Positions 39,185-48,506 of a stretch of DNA of 62,022 nt are shown in pieces. The notes under the pieces are model-generated. The model saw nothing but the letters and a program-made list of their open reading frames with translations. It was not told where the DNA came from and made no database searches. The position numbers and the translations under genes are program-made. The DNA is from Candidatus Spyradocola sp. (lineage in GTDB: Bacteria; Bacillota; Clostridia; Christensenellales; UBA1750), in the NCBI GenBank assembly GCA_034113365.1, contig JAXEXP010000174.1, positions 1 to 62,022 of the forward strand, in the 5' to 3' direction. Within the stretch, counting starts at the first letter, position 1. Every line of letters begins with the position of its first letter.

Positions 39185-41365
39185 CTACGCGACGAGGATG
39201 CGGTCGACGACCAGCTTGCGGAACTCGGGGGTGAGCAGGCAGAAGTAGGCGGTAAAGCCCGTCACGCGCACCACGAGGTCGGGGAAGGCGTCGGGGTTTT
39301 CGTTGGCGGCGAGGATCTGCTGGGCGTTGATGATGTTGATGTTGAGCAGCGTGCCGCCCTTTCTAAAGAGCGTCAGGATGTAGTCGCAGATCTTGTCCAC
39401 CGCCTCGGGGCCGCGCGCCATGCCGGGGTCGAGCTCCAGCTGCACGGGCGCGGTGTTGCCGTAGCCGGGCTGGACCGAGCAGATGGCGTTGGTCATGGCG
39501 GTCAGCGCGCCGTCCTTGCGGAAGCCGGGGTGCGGGTTGGCGCCGTGGTTGATGACCTCGCCGTCGCGGCGGCCGTTGGGCGTGGCGCCCACCGCCTTGC
39601 CCAGCACGATGGTGTTGGACCAGGAGAACCAGCCGGGGATGAACTTGACGGGCGCGAACACCTCGTCCATCGCGTTGACCTGGTCGGTGAAGGAGCGGCT
39701 GATGCGCACCGCCCACTTGTCGCCCAGCGTGTCGCCGCCGCCGTAGCGCTCGGAGGCCGAGAGCATCATGCGGATGTACTCGCCGCGGGGACCCGCGTAG
39801 TTGGAGCGCACGGCCTCGTACATCTCCTCAAAGGTGAGCCGGCCCTCGCGCTCGATGCGCTGCTCCAGCGCGGCAAAGGAGTCGGCGACGGTGGCGATGC
39901 CTGTGCCGTCGATGCACATGTTGTAGTACTGCGCGCCGCCGTGGCTCATGTCCAGCCCCTTTTCCACGGGGCCGTGGGAGATCAGGTTGAGCATCAGCTC
40001 GGGCTCGTTTTTGACCTGATTTTCCAGGTGGAAGCAGATGCCCTCGGCGGTGACGCGCACGGCGCGCGCGGTGTGGGCTTCGTAGCGCCGCCACAGCTCC
40101 TCGATGGACTTCTCGCCGTCAGACGCCATCATCTCGTCCAGCGCCAGGCGGAACACCTTGGCGTTGTTGATCTTGACGCAGTCGTTGAGCGTGTATTCCA
40201 GCCCGGGCAGGCTCATCCAGTGGCAGCCCACGGCCACGCGCTGGCGGGCCAGCTCCACCGGGTAGCCCTTTTTCATGAAGCCCTCGGACAGCGCCTGGTC
40301 GCCCGAGAAGCGCGGCCAGCCGTTCTTGTTTTTGAACAGGTAATCCACCGCGGTGTGCAGGAACTTGCGGTCCATGCCGTCGTGCACGCGCACGGTCAGG
40401 TTGCAGGAGGAATCCAGCCAGTCTGCGGCCTCGAGGATCAGGTAGCTGAAATAGCTGACCATGTCGTGGCCGTCGGGCGACAGGCCGCCCAGCTGATAGT
40501 AGTGCGGGTCGTTGAGCAGCAGGCAGGCGATGTAATACTTGGCCTCGTCCTCGGTGATGAGGCCCGCGGCAAGGTCGCGCTCATAGTAGGGGCGCAGCGT
40601 CTCGTCCAGCTGGCAGCCCGCGCCGTCGCGGTTGTACTCGCGGGAGGCGGTGTTGAACCAGCACATCCACTGGCAGGCCTCGCGCAGCGTGCGCGGCGCG
40701 CCCTCGATCAGGTGCTCGTTGACGTCGCGCATCTGCTGCAGATTTTTGAGCAGCTCGGGATGGGTCTCCACCTTCATGGCCTCGTCGATGGCCTCCACCG
40801 TGCGGCGCGTCCAGACCTGGATGCCGCGGATGGTCTTTTCCTCGGCGTCGTAGAAGTCGTCGTGGCCGGGGTTGAGCGCGCGGTATTTGCGCAGCTTTTC
40901 CAGCAGGCCGCCCCAGCCCAGGGTCAGACCGATGGCGTAATCGCCGCCAAAGTGCGCGTCCGCGCCGATGCCGGGCACGATGCCGTACTTCTGCTGCTCG
41001 GGCTTGAGGTAATCATAGTTCAGGTCGGGGTTGAAGGTGATGGGACGCGTCCAGGCCATGCAGTTCATCCAGCGGTTGGCAAAGGCGTCACACGGGTCGA
41101 TGAACACCGGGTGCGTGGCCATCATGCGGTAGAAGTTCTCGCTCCAGCCGTCGTAGCCCACGAAGGTGCCCGCGGGGTGGTTGAACACCGGGGTGAAGTC
41201 ATAGTCGTCCGGGGGCTTGACCGCGCCGTAATCGTCGCCGTCGGCAAAGGCGCGGATGCCGGCCTTGTCCTGCGTATCCTCCAGCTTGCGCTCGCGCAGT
41301 ATGCGCAGCCGCTCGCGGTAGCTCACGTCCGCATCTGCGGGCAGCTTGTTGATGCGATCTCTCAT
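39185..41365 (-). CDS. Glycyl radical enzyme (PFL-like superfamily), unknown reaction
   Basis: C-terminal glycyl loop DLVVRVTGFTAYF, GATPNGR, GIATVADS.AA, Cys loop AVGCHW; adjacent activase. Confidence 0.9.
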   Translation of the reverse strand: MRDRINKLPADADVSYRERLRILRERKLEDTQDKAGIRAFADGDDYGAVKPPDDYDFTPVFNHPAGTFVGYDGWSENFYRMMATHPVFIDPCDAFANRWMNCMAWTRPITFNPDLNYDYLKPEQQKYGIVPGIGADAHFGGDYAIGLTLGWGGLLEKLRKYRALNPGHDDFYDAEEKTIRGIQVWTRRTVEAIDEAMKVETHPELLKNLQQMRDVNEHLIEGAPRTLREACQWMCWFNTASREYNRDGAGCQLDETLRPYYERDLAAGLITEDEAKYYIACLLLNDPHYYQLGGLSPDGHDMVSYFSYLILEAADWLDSSCNLTVRVHDGMDRKFLHTAVDYLFKNKNGWPRFSGDQALSEGFMKKGYPVELARQRVAVGCHWMSLPGLEYTLNDCVKINNAKVFRLALDEMMASDGEKSIEELWRRYEAHTARAVRVTAEGICFHLENQVKNEPELMLNLISHGPVEKGLDMSHGGAQYYNMCIDGTGIATVADSFAALEQRIEREGRLTFEEMYEAVRSNYAGPRGEYIRMMLSASERYGGGDTLGDKWAVRISRSFTDQVNAMDEVFAPVKFIPGWFSWSNTIVLGKAVGATPNGRRDGEVINHGANPHPGFRKDGALTAMTNAICSVQPGYGNTAPVQLELDPGMARGPEAVDKICDYILTLFRKGGTLLNINIINAQQILAANENPDAFPDLVVRVTGFTAYFCLLTPEFRKLVVDRILVA

Positions 41366-41377
41366 ACGGATCTCCTC

Positions 41378-42268
41378 CTATCCCACGCGCACCGACGGGC
41401 ACACGGCCTGTGCCGCCGCCTGAAGCGCCTGCATGCGTTCCTCGGACAGCGGGCGCGCACCGGCAAACGCGTTGTCCACGTCCAGCGCCTGATACTTGCT
41501 CCCGCCCAGGGGGTTGAAGTTGAGCAGCTCATAGTACGCAAGTCCTGGCAGCTGCCCCACAAAGCCTGCGATGGCGGCGATCTCCGCCTCGCTGTCGTTG
41601 ACGCCCGGGATCACGGGCGTGCGCACGATGAAGGGCTTGCCGCTGCGCGGCAGGCGCGCGATGTTCTCCCGGATGCGCGCATTGCCTGCGCCCGTCCACC
41701 TGCGGTGCGCGTCCTCGTCCCAGAGCTTGAGGTCGCACATCACAAGGTCCAGATCGGGCAGCAGCGCCTCCAGCGTGGAGAAATCCACGTTAAGGTTGCT
41801 CTCGATGGCGGTATGTACGCCCTCTTTGTGCAGCGCGGACAGCAGCTCCGCCGCAAACTGCGGCTGCAGCAGCACCTCGCCGCCCGAGAGCGTGACGCCG
41901 CCGCCGGACTGCGCGTAGTAGTCCACGTCCTGCATCACCTCGTGCAGCACGTCCTGCACGAGGTATTCCTTGCCGCACATCTCCAGCGCGCCGGAGAAGC
42001 ACACCTGTGCACAGGCGCCGTGATCGGCGCACGCGGCGCGGTCGTACACCATCTTGCCGCCCTCCACGCGGTGCGACGGGCAGACCTGCGCGCACGCGCC
42101 GCAGCCCACGCACTTGCTGCGGTAGTAGAGCACCTCCGGCTCCACGTGCAGCGTCTCGGGGTTGTGGCACCAGGCGCAGCGCATGTTGCAGCCCTTGAAA
42201 AACACGGTCGAACGGATGCCCGGCCCGTCATGCAGCGAGAAGCGCTGAATGGCTGTGAGTACCCCCAT
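41378..42268 (-). CDS. Glycyl-radical enzyme activating protein (radical SAM with ferredoxin-like insert)
   Basis: IQRFSLHDGPGIRSTVFFKGC.MRC.WCHNPE (CxxxCxxC), CVGCGAC..VC insert, GGVTLSGGE. Confidence 0.95.
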   Translation of the reverse strand: MGVLTAIQRFSLHDGPGIRSTVFFKGCNMRCAWCHNPETLHVEPEVLYYRSKCVGCGACAQVCPSHRVEGGKMVYDRAACADHGACAQVCFSGALEMCGKEYLVQDVLHEVMQDVDYYAQSGGGVTLSGGEVLLQPQFAAELLSALHKEGVHTAIESNLNVDFSTLEALLPDLDLVMCDLKLWDEDAHRRWTGAGNARIRENIARLPRSGKPFIVRTPVIPGVNDSEAEIAAIAGFVGQLPGLAYYELLNFNPLGGSKYQALDVDNAFAGARPLSEERMQALQAAAQAVCPSVRVG

Positions 42269-42371
42269 TGTTTCCACTCTCTTTCTGTTTATCGCTCGAT
42301 GGGATTCTGATCCGATGGTTTGATGAAAAATTCGTCGCCCTGTATAAAAAGTCCTTCCCGTTCCCCAAGGA

Positions 42372-43835
42372 TCATTCCTCCTGGCCGAAGAGCATCTGGT
42401 CGATGTAGTGTTCGTTGAAGCGGGGGTTGCCGCCGAGGGCGACATGGCGGCTGTGGGCGGCGATGCGCTCGAGCGCGGGGACGCAGGTGCGGTCGAGCAG
42501 GGTCTGCGCGGCGCCCGAGAGCGCGGCGTTGCCCAGCACGCGGACGCGGTCGGTCAGCTCGGGCGGGATGAGGCCGATGGTGGCGGCGCTGCGCACGTTC
42601 AGGTGGCTGCCAAAGCCGCCCGCGATGCACAGCGAGGTGACGTCGGCAAGGCTTGCGTCGGCAGTCTCCAGCAGGGTGAGCATGCCGGCGGCGATGGCGG
42701 CCTTGGCCAGCTGCACGGCGCGTACGTCGCGGGGCTGGAGGGCGACGCCGGGGGCGAGGGGCAGCTCGTCGTCGTCCATGGCGCCGGTCTCGTCGATGAG
42801 CTCGGCGGTCAGGCCCGCCGCGATGGCGTCGATGAGGCCGGAGCCGCACACGCCCACCGCGGGCGCGCCGTCGATGGTGTGGGAGAGGAGCTGACCGTTG
42901 ACCAGCGTGACGCGGTCGATCGCGCCGGGGACGCTGCCGCAGCCGCAGGAGATGCCCGCGCCCTCGAAGGCGGGCCCGGCGGCGGTGGAGGTGACGTAAA
43001 GCGTGCCGTCTTTCCACAGCGCCATCTCGCCGTTGGTGCCGATGTCGCACAGCAGCGCCGTTTCGTCGCGCTCGCAGATGCCGCTGGCCAGCACCGCGCA
43101 GGTGATGTCCGCGCCCACGAAGGCGTTCATGCAGGGGGGCAGGTAGGCCTGGCCGCCAAAGAGCGCGACCGTTGCGCCGAACAGCGTGTCCGCCTCGAAG
43201 GGAGCGCGGGCGAGGCTGTCGGGGCTGCGACCGGTGAGCAGGTAGAGCATGGTGGTGTTGCCCGTGACGACGAGCGCGTCGGGGGCGGGCGTGCCGGAGC
43301 GCGCGAGCAGCTGCTGCACGGCGTCCGTGACCTGCCCGCGCAGCAGGGGAAGCCTGCCGTTCAGCGCGGCGTTGATGCGGCCCATCACGTCGGCGGCGAC
43401 GCTGGCCTGCGGGTTGAGCGCGGCGGCGGTGCCGGTGCAGGAGCCGGTGGAGAGGTCGTACTGGCGCACTGCGATGGTGGTGGTGCCGATGTCCACGGCG
43501 GCGCCGGTGGAGCCGGGCAGGGGGCGCAGGGGGGCGGTGAGGTCGGCTGTGGACGTCTCGATGCGGGCGTCCCCGTGGGCCTCGGGCAGCGTGACGTCGG
43601 CGTCGCCCAGCAGCACGGCTTGACAGCTCAGGCGCGTGCCGGCGCGCTGCTCCGCAGCGTTGGGCGGGGAGACGCGGCCCGTCAGCTGTACGGCGCACTT
43701 GCCGCACGCGCCGCGTCCGCCGCAGGGATGGGGCAGCGAATAGCCCGCGGCCTGCAGCACCTCGTCCAGCACGGGCGTGCCGGAAAAGGAGACGCGCGCG
43801 GTGACGCCGCCGCGATGGATGGTCAGTTCAGGCAT
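42372..43835 (-). CDS. RACo-type ATP-dependent reductive activator of corrinoid protein (ASKHA, DUF4445) with N-terminal 2Fe-2S domain
   Basis: CGGRGACGKC..RLSC, VDIGTTT, DIGTNGE, AAGPAFEG, CGSG, VQLAKAAI.AG, IAGGFG, GNAA. Confidence 0.92.
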   Translation of the reverse strand: MPELTIHRGGVTARVSFSGTPVLDEVLQAAGYSLPHPCGGRGACGKCAVQLTGRVSPPNAAEQRAGTRLSCQAVLLGDADVTLPEAHGDARIETSTADLTAPLRPLPGSTGAAVDIGTTTIAVRQYDLSTGSCTGTAAALNPQASVAADVMGRINAALNGRLPLLRGQVTDAVQQLLARSGTPAPDALVVTGNTTMLYLLTGRSPDSLARAPFEADTLFGATVALFGGQAYLPPCMNAFVGADITCAVLASGICERDETALLCDIGTNGEMALWKDGTLYVTSTAAGPAFEGAGISCGCGSVPGAIDRVTLVNGQLLSHTIDGAPAVGVCGSGLIDAIAAGLTAELIDETGAMDDDELPLAPGVALQPRDVRAVQLAKAAIAAGMLTLLETADASLADVTSLCIAGGFGSHLNVRSAATIGLIPPELTDRVRVLGNAALSGAAQTLLDRTCVPALERIAAHSRHVALGGNPRFNEHYIDQMLFGQEE

Positions 43836-44111
43836 GGTTATCCTCCGAAAATGGGTTGTTGGCTGAAATGAGGGAAGAAACTGCGCCGTTTGGTGTAAAC
43901 AGGTTTGAAGCTGTGCGTTTCAGAAGTAAAGCAGCCTGATGGCAGAATGGCGCTGCTGCGACGAATGGTCAGTCCAGGCATGTTTTTCCTCTGAGAAAAG
44001 GTTATTTGGCTGAAAACTGGAAAGCTGCTGCGCGATCCGTTTCTAAAGGGAGAGGGCCTGACAGCAAAATGACTTGAATACGGCGTTTTACTTGATCGGG
44101 GGGACGGCGGG

Positions 44112-44660
44112 TCATTCCTCGGAGAAGAGCACCATGCCAAAGTAGGTCACGGTGTCGGGGCCGTTGATGTAGCGCAGCGAGGTGGCGCGGCTGGTCTTGT
44201 AGACGTCCACGCCGTAGCTCTCCAGCGAGGGCAGCGCCAGGTCGGGGTGGCGGCAGGGCTGGTCGCCGCGCTTGGCGCAGGTGGGGCACAGGTGGCAGCC
44301 GCCGCAGGTCAGGTGCAGCATGCGCTCGCCCAGCAGGGGCTTGACGGCGCGCTGGATGCGCTGGCTGACCTGCGCGTGCGCATCGCCCGCAGCGGTCATG
44401 CCCTCGAAGTCATAGCTGTCCTCCAGCTGGCCGATGGTCTGGTAGAGTATGCCGTAAGGGTAGCGGCGCAGCTGCTCCATCATGGGACCGATCTCGCCCA
44501 CGTCGGGCGGGCACATCCAGCACTTGCCGTAGTTGCCGCAGCCGTTGCCGGCGCAGATGTCGCGAAATTCCGTGGACGTAACGATGTCGGACTGGTGCAC
44601 GAGCCCAGCCTTGTGCGCGCCGTTTTCGATGAATAACGGAATGAGCTGTTCGTGATCCAT
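44112..44660 (-). CDS. DUF2284 family Cys-rich metal-binding protein
   Basis: C..N.CG.YG.CW.CPP, GGC.LC..C.....PCRHP....PSLE.YG.DV. Confidence 0.85.
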   Translation of the reverse strand: MDHEQLIPLFIENGAHKAGLVHQSDIVTSTEFRDICAGNGCGNYGKCWMCPPDVGEIGPMMEQLRRYPYGILYQTIGQLEDSYDFEGMTAAGDAHAQVSQRIQRAVKPLLGERMLHLTCGGCHLCPTCAKRGDQPCRHPDLALPSLESYGVDVYKTSRATSLRYINGPDTVTYFGMVLFSEE

Positions 44661-44748
44661 AGTGCGTGATCTCCTTTTCGCAAATAAAATCCCGCCCGAT
44701 GAAGCGCGCTCCACCGGACGGGGCTGGGATGGTTCAATGTGGACGCGC

Positions 44749-45384
44749 TCAGCAGGCCGTGCAGAAGCTCACGGCGCGGTCTGCGGCGCTGGCGGCGTCG
44801 GTGGTGTAGGCGTCTGCGCCGATCTGCGCGCGGAACGCCTCGTTGACGGGCGCGCCGCCGATCATGATCTTGACCTTGTCGCGGATGCCGGCGGCCTCGG
44901 CGGCCTTGACCACGTCGCCCATGACGCCCATGGTGGTGGTCAGCAACGCGGAGCAGCAGATGATGTCGCAGTGTTGCTCGATGGCGGTCTGGACGAAGGT
45001 GTCGGCGGAGACGTCGGTGCCCAGGTCGATGACCTCCAGGCCCTTGCCCTCCATCATCATCTTGACCAGGTTCTTGCCGATGTCATGCAGGTCGCCCTGC
45101 ACGGTGCCGATGCACACGCGGCCCGTCGCCTTCACGCCCGCCTGCTGCAGCAGGGGCTTGAGCAGAGACACGCCCTGGTTCATCGCGCGGGCGGCGACCA
45201 GCACCTCGGGCACGAAGATCTCGTTGTTCTTGAACTTCTCGCCGACCTCGTTCATGCCGTCGAGCAGGCCCTTTTCCAGGATCTCCTGCGCGGGGATGCC
45301 CTCGTCGATGGCCTGCTGGACCAGGGTCTTGACGATCTTGGCCTTGCCGGCCTGCAGCTGAACGGAAATTTCCTTAAGATCCAT
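44749..45384 (-). CDS. Corrinoid (cobalamin-binding) methyltransferase protein
   Basis: Cap domain GL..GM..VG.KF...E.FVPE, DLHDIGKN (DxHxxG), SALLTTT, IGGAP; AGGAGG RBS. Confidence 0.95.
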   Translation of the reverse strand: MDLKEISVQLQAGKAKIVKTLVQQAIDEGIPAQEILEKGLLDGMNEVGEKFKNNEIFVPEVLVAARAMNQGVSLLKPLLQQAGVKATGRVCIGTVQGDLHDIGKNLVKMMMEGKGLEVIDLGTDVSADTFVQTAIEQHCDIICCSALLTTTMGVMGDVVKAAEAAGIRDKVKIMIGGAPVNEAFRAQIGADAYTTDAASAADRAVSFCTAC

Positions 45385-45425
45385 ATCGAACTTCCTCCTG
45401 AAAAGTTTTATTGCGGTTTGTGGGA

Positions 45426-46400
45426 TCAGTTGTAGTCGCGCATGCGCTTCCAGACGTCGAGGATCAGCTTGTAGCGCTCGGGCGGCATGCCCTTGAAGGG
45501 CACGTTGCTGGTGCAGAAGATGTAGCCGCCGCCGGGCTTGCCGTAGGTGAGGCAGTATTCGGCGGAATCGATCACGTCCTGCTCGGTGCCGGTCTGCAGC
45601 GCTGCGCAGTGCACGTTGCCGCACAGCGCCACGCGGTCGCCCACCAGGCGCTTGACCTCCCGGATGTCCACGCCCGCCATCGGGTCGAGCGAGTGCAGCG
45701 CGTGCGGCTCGCAGTCCACCAGCTGGTCGAGTATGGGCATGATGTTGCCGTCGGTGTGCTTGATGGCGAACTGGCCGTTCCTGCGCGCCTCGTAAATGAT
45801 GCGGTGCAGGTAGGGCGCGATGAACTGGCCGAACATCCTGGGCGAGAGGAAGGGGCCGGAGTTGTAGCAGTAGTCGCTGCACAGCATCAGTATGTCCACG
45901 CCCATGTCGCGCAGACGCTTGTTGCGCTCGATGGCGTTGCGCGCCATGCGGTCGGCCTCGTCGCACAGCCCCTCGGGGTCGTCGGCGGTGCGGTAGGCAA
46001 AGTCGTACATGCCGTTGCCGTCGGGGATGGAGAAGGTACCGTCGCCGTGGTAGGCAAGGGGCTTGTCTCCGGCGGCCTCGCGCACGTATTTGACGAAGGT
46101 CTTGAACGCCTCCGGGAAGTCCGAACGGTCCTCCAGGCGATCAAAGTCGCCCACGCCGTGCAGCGGGAGTATGGAGTAGTCCAGCTGCTCGTAGACCCAG
46201 ACGGTGTACTCCGCCATCTCGTGCAGCAGGCGGTCCTTTTCGGCGGCGGAAAGCTTGGGGAGGTTCTCGGGGCGGAGCGCTTCGGGCAGCAGGGGCTTGC
46301 CGAAGAACTCCTCGGCGAGCTGGAACTCCAGCTCAAAGGTGGGCACATGGTCGGGAATGCGGCCCGACAGCGCCGCAAAGGCGCGCTCGCGATGCGTCAT
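45426..46400 (-). CDS. Uroporphyrinogen decarboxylase-family (MtaA/CmuA-like) methyltransferase
   Basis: MT.RER....L.G..PD.VP, SDY.....PFLSP..F, HTDGN, LCGNV, GGYIFCTSN. Confidence 0.85.
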   Translation of the reverse strand: MTHRERAFAALSGRIPDHVPTFELEFQLAEEFFGKPLLPEALRPENLPKLSAAEKDRLLHEMAEYTVWVYEQLDYSILPLHGVGDFDRLEDRSDFPEAFKTFVKYVREAAGDKPLAYHGDGTFSIPDGNGMYDFAYRTADDPEGLCDEADRMARNAIERNKRLRDMGVDILMLCSDYCYNSGPFLSPRMFGQFIAPYLHRIIYEARRNGQFAIKHTDGNIMPILDQLVDCEPHALHSLDPMAGVDIREVKRLVGDRVALCGNVHCAALQTGTEQDVIDSAEYCLTYGKPGGGYIFCTSNVPFKGMPPERYKLILDVWKRMRDYN

Positions 46401-46416
46401 AGCCTGCGCCTCCTCA

Positions 46417-47475
46417 TCAGTAGCGGCCCACGCGCTTGACCTCGGCCACGATGCGCTTCATATTGTCCAGCGACACGGCGTTGGGGATGGAGTGGTCGGA
46501 GGAGAAGATGAAGCCGCCGTTCTGCTTGAGCACAGGCACCTTTTCGTCGATCTCGGCCAGGATCGCGTCGGCGTCGCTCCACTTGACGGCGTTGATGCCG
46601 CCGCGCAGCGTCAGCCGGTCGCCGTACTTGCGCTTGATCTCGAACACGTCCATGCCCGCCTTGACCTCCAGCGGGTTGAGCGCGTCCACGCCGGTGGCCA
46701 CGATGTCGGGCAGCAGCGTCATGATGTCGCCGCAGGAGTGCAGCTGCGCGTAGACGCCGTGGTCGTGCGCCCACTTGACGGCGCGGGTGTGGTAGGGCTG
46801 CAGTAGCTCGCGGTACATGTTGGGCGAGAAGAACGTGGTGCCCTTGTAGCCCATGTCGTCGTACCAGAACATCTCGTCAAAGTGATAGCCCGCGTCCCAC
46901 AGCCGGTCGTAGAGCGCGATGGTGTGGTTTAAGTAGGTGTCGAAGATGTCCTCGATAAATTCGGGCTCTTCGATCATGGCGACGAGCAAGTTCTCGGTGC
47001 CCATCATCCACGAATGCGTCACGTCAAAGCCGAACCAGAACACGCCGCGGATCCAGCGGCCCTCGGCGCGCCACTTGTCGTAGTTTTCCTTGAGATAATC
47101 CCAGGGGATGCGGTCGTCGGAAAGCGTCATGCGCTTCTTGGCTTCCTCCCAGGCTTCGGGCGTGGTGACCTTGTAGTCCAGGAACTCCGGGGTGGAGTCC
47201 TCTTCCTTGAAGTGCTTCATCGTCACGCCCCAGGGCGAGGTGCGGATGGCGTAGCGGTCGGTCTCCTCCAGCGTCACCTCGGGGTAGCGTGGGGAGATGT
47301 CGATGTTGATGACGCCGATCTTGTCGATGTCAAAATAATCGCACCAATCCACGTCCGCGGGCATGCCCTCGCGCTTCCAGCGGCGCAGCGTGCCCGCCCA
47401 CGGATCGTCGATGATCGGGATCCGGTCGGCCTCACGGTGGTCATACATGCGCTTGAAGCGCTCCCATGAGTTCAT
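46417..47475 (-). CDS. Uroporphyrinogen decarboxylase-family (MtaA/CmuA-like) methyltransferase
   Basis: ER......E.DRIP, DDMG......SP, HSCG Zn motif, NPLE.KAGMD, GGFIFSSDHS; AAAGGAG RBS. Confidence 0.88.
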   Translation of the reverse strand: MNSWERFKRMYDHREADRIPIIDDPWAGTLRRWKREGMPADVDWCDYFDIDKIGVINIDISPRYPEVTLEETDRYAIRTSPWGVTMKHFKEEDSTPEFLDYKVTTPEAWEEAKKRMTLSDDRIPWDYLKENYDKWRAEGRWIRGVFWFGFDVTHSWMMGTENLLVAMIEEPEFIEDIFDTYLNHTIALYDRLWDAGYHFDEMFWYDDMGYKGTTFFSPNMYRELLQPYHTRAVKWAHDHGVYAQLHSCGDIMTLLPDIVATGVDALNPLEVKAGMDVFEIKRKYGDRLTLRGGINAVKWSDADAILAEIDEKVPVLKQNGGFIFSSDHSIPNAVSLDNMKRIVAEVKRVGRY

Positions 47476-47731
47476 TCTATTCACTCCTTTTGGGATCTGT
47501 AACTTCATGATAATCGATTCTTGCAGGTAAAACAACATGGTTTTCACGATGTGATACGCTTGTCGTGCGGAAAACAAAATTTTGGACAAGGCATTTGTAT
47601 TGTATATTACAAAACGCGGCGGACGGCAATGCACATACGGCGTTAAAGTGAAGCAAAAGCGATACACAAACGCGGGAAAATGCTGTATAATAGGAAGGGT
47701 TTATGGAGCGAAGGAAAGGGGAGGCTGGGCT

Positions 47732-48493
47732 TTGGAGCAGGCGATGAGGACCGAGCTGGTGGTGCGCACCGCAAAGCTGGCGGGGCGGCTGCTGCTGGAA
47801 AACGGAGCGGAGACCTACCGCGTGGAGGACACGGTGAGCTACATCTGCAATCAATACGGCCTGACGGACGTGGAGGTCATCGCGCTGCCCACGGGCGCCA
47901 TCTACTCCTTTGTCGACGAGCAGGGCGTGCCGCACAGCGAGGTGATCCGCACCAAGGTGCGCACCACGAACCTGGGGTGCGTCGCGCGCGTCAACGACAT
48001 CTCCCGCGGCATGACCTCGGGGCGGCTGACGCTGGAGGAGGGCTGCGCGAAGCTGGAGGAGATCAGCCGCACGGGCCCGCAGCCACTGTGGCTGAGCCTG
48101 TTGGCCAACATGCTGTCGGCGGCCTTCTTTGCGCTGCTGTTTGGCGCGCAGTGGTTTGATTTCATCGTCGCGGGCGTGTGCGGCGGCGTGGCGCGGCTGC
48201 TGGGGCTGCTGTTCAGCGAGGACAACATCTCCTCGACCATGTACAGCCTGCTGGCGGGCGCGCTGTCCTCCGTCATTGCGCTGGCAAGCGTCCGCATCTT
48301 CTCCATGGGCAGCCAGACCGCCATCATCACGGGCGCCATCATGCCGCTGCTGCCCGGATTGGCCATCACCAACGCCATCCGCGACACCGTCAACGGCGAC
48401 CTGGTCTCGGGCGTGGCGCGCACGGCGGAGGCGCTGCTCAAGGCGATCGCCATCGCGGCGGGCGTGGGTGTGGTCATCGCGCTGTGGCGGTAA
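47732..48493 (+). CDS. Threonine/serine exporter family protein (ThrE)
   Basis: GRLLLENGAETYRVEDT, IMPLLPGLAITNAIRD..GDL.SG. Alternative ATG at 47744. Confidence 0.9.
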   Translation: MEQAMRTELVVRTAKLAGRLLLENGAETYRVEDTVSYICNQYGLTDVEVIALPTGAIYSFVDEQGVPHSEVIRTKVRTTNLGCVARVNDISRGMTSGRLTLEEGCAKLEEISRTGPQPLWLSLLANMLSAAFFALLFGAQWFDFIVAGVCGGVARLLGLLFSEDNISSTMYSLLAGALSSVIALASVRIFSMGSQTAIITGAIMPLLPGLAITNAIRDTVNGDLVSGVARTAEALLKAIAIAAGVGVVIALWR

Positions 48494-48506
48494 GGAGGGC
48501 GTTGGC

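Noticed and set aside
39530..42310. 926-aa plus-strand ORF
   Set aside because: Antisense to the GRE and activase genes; no recognisable domain.
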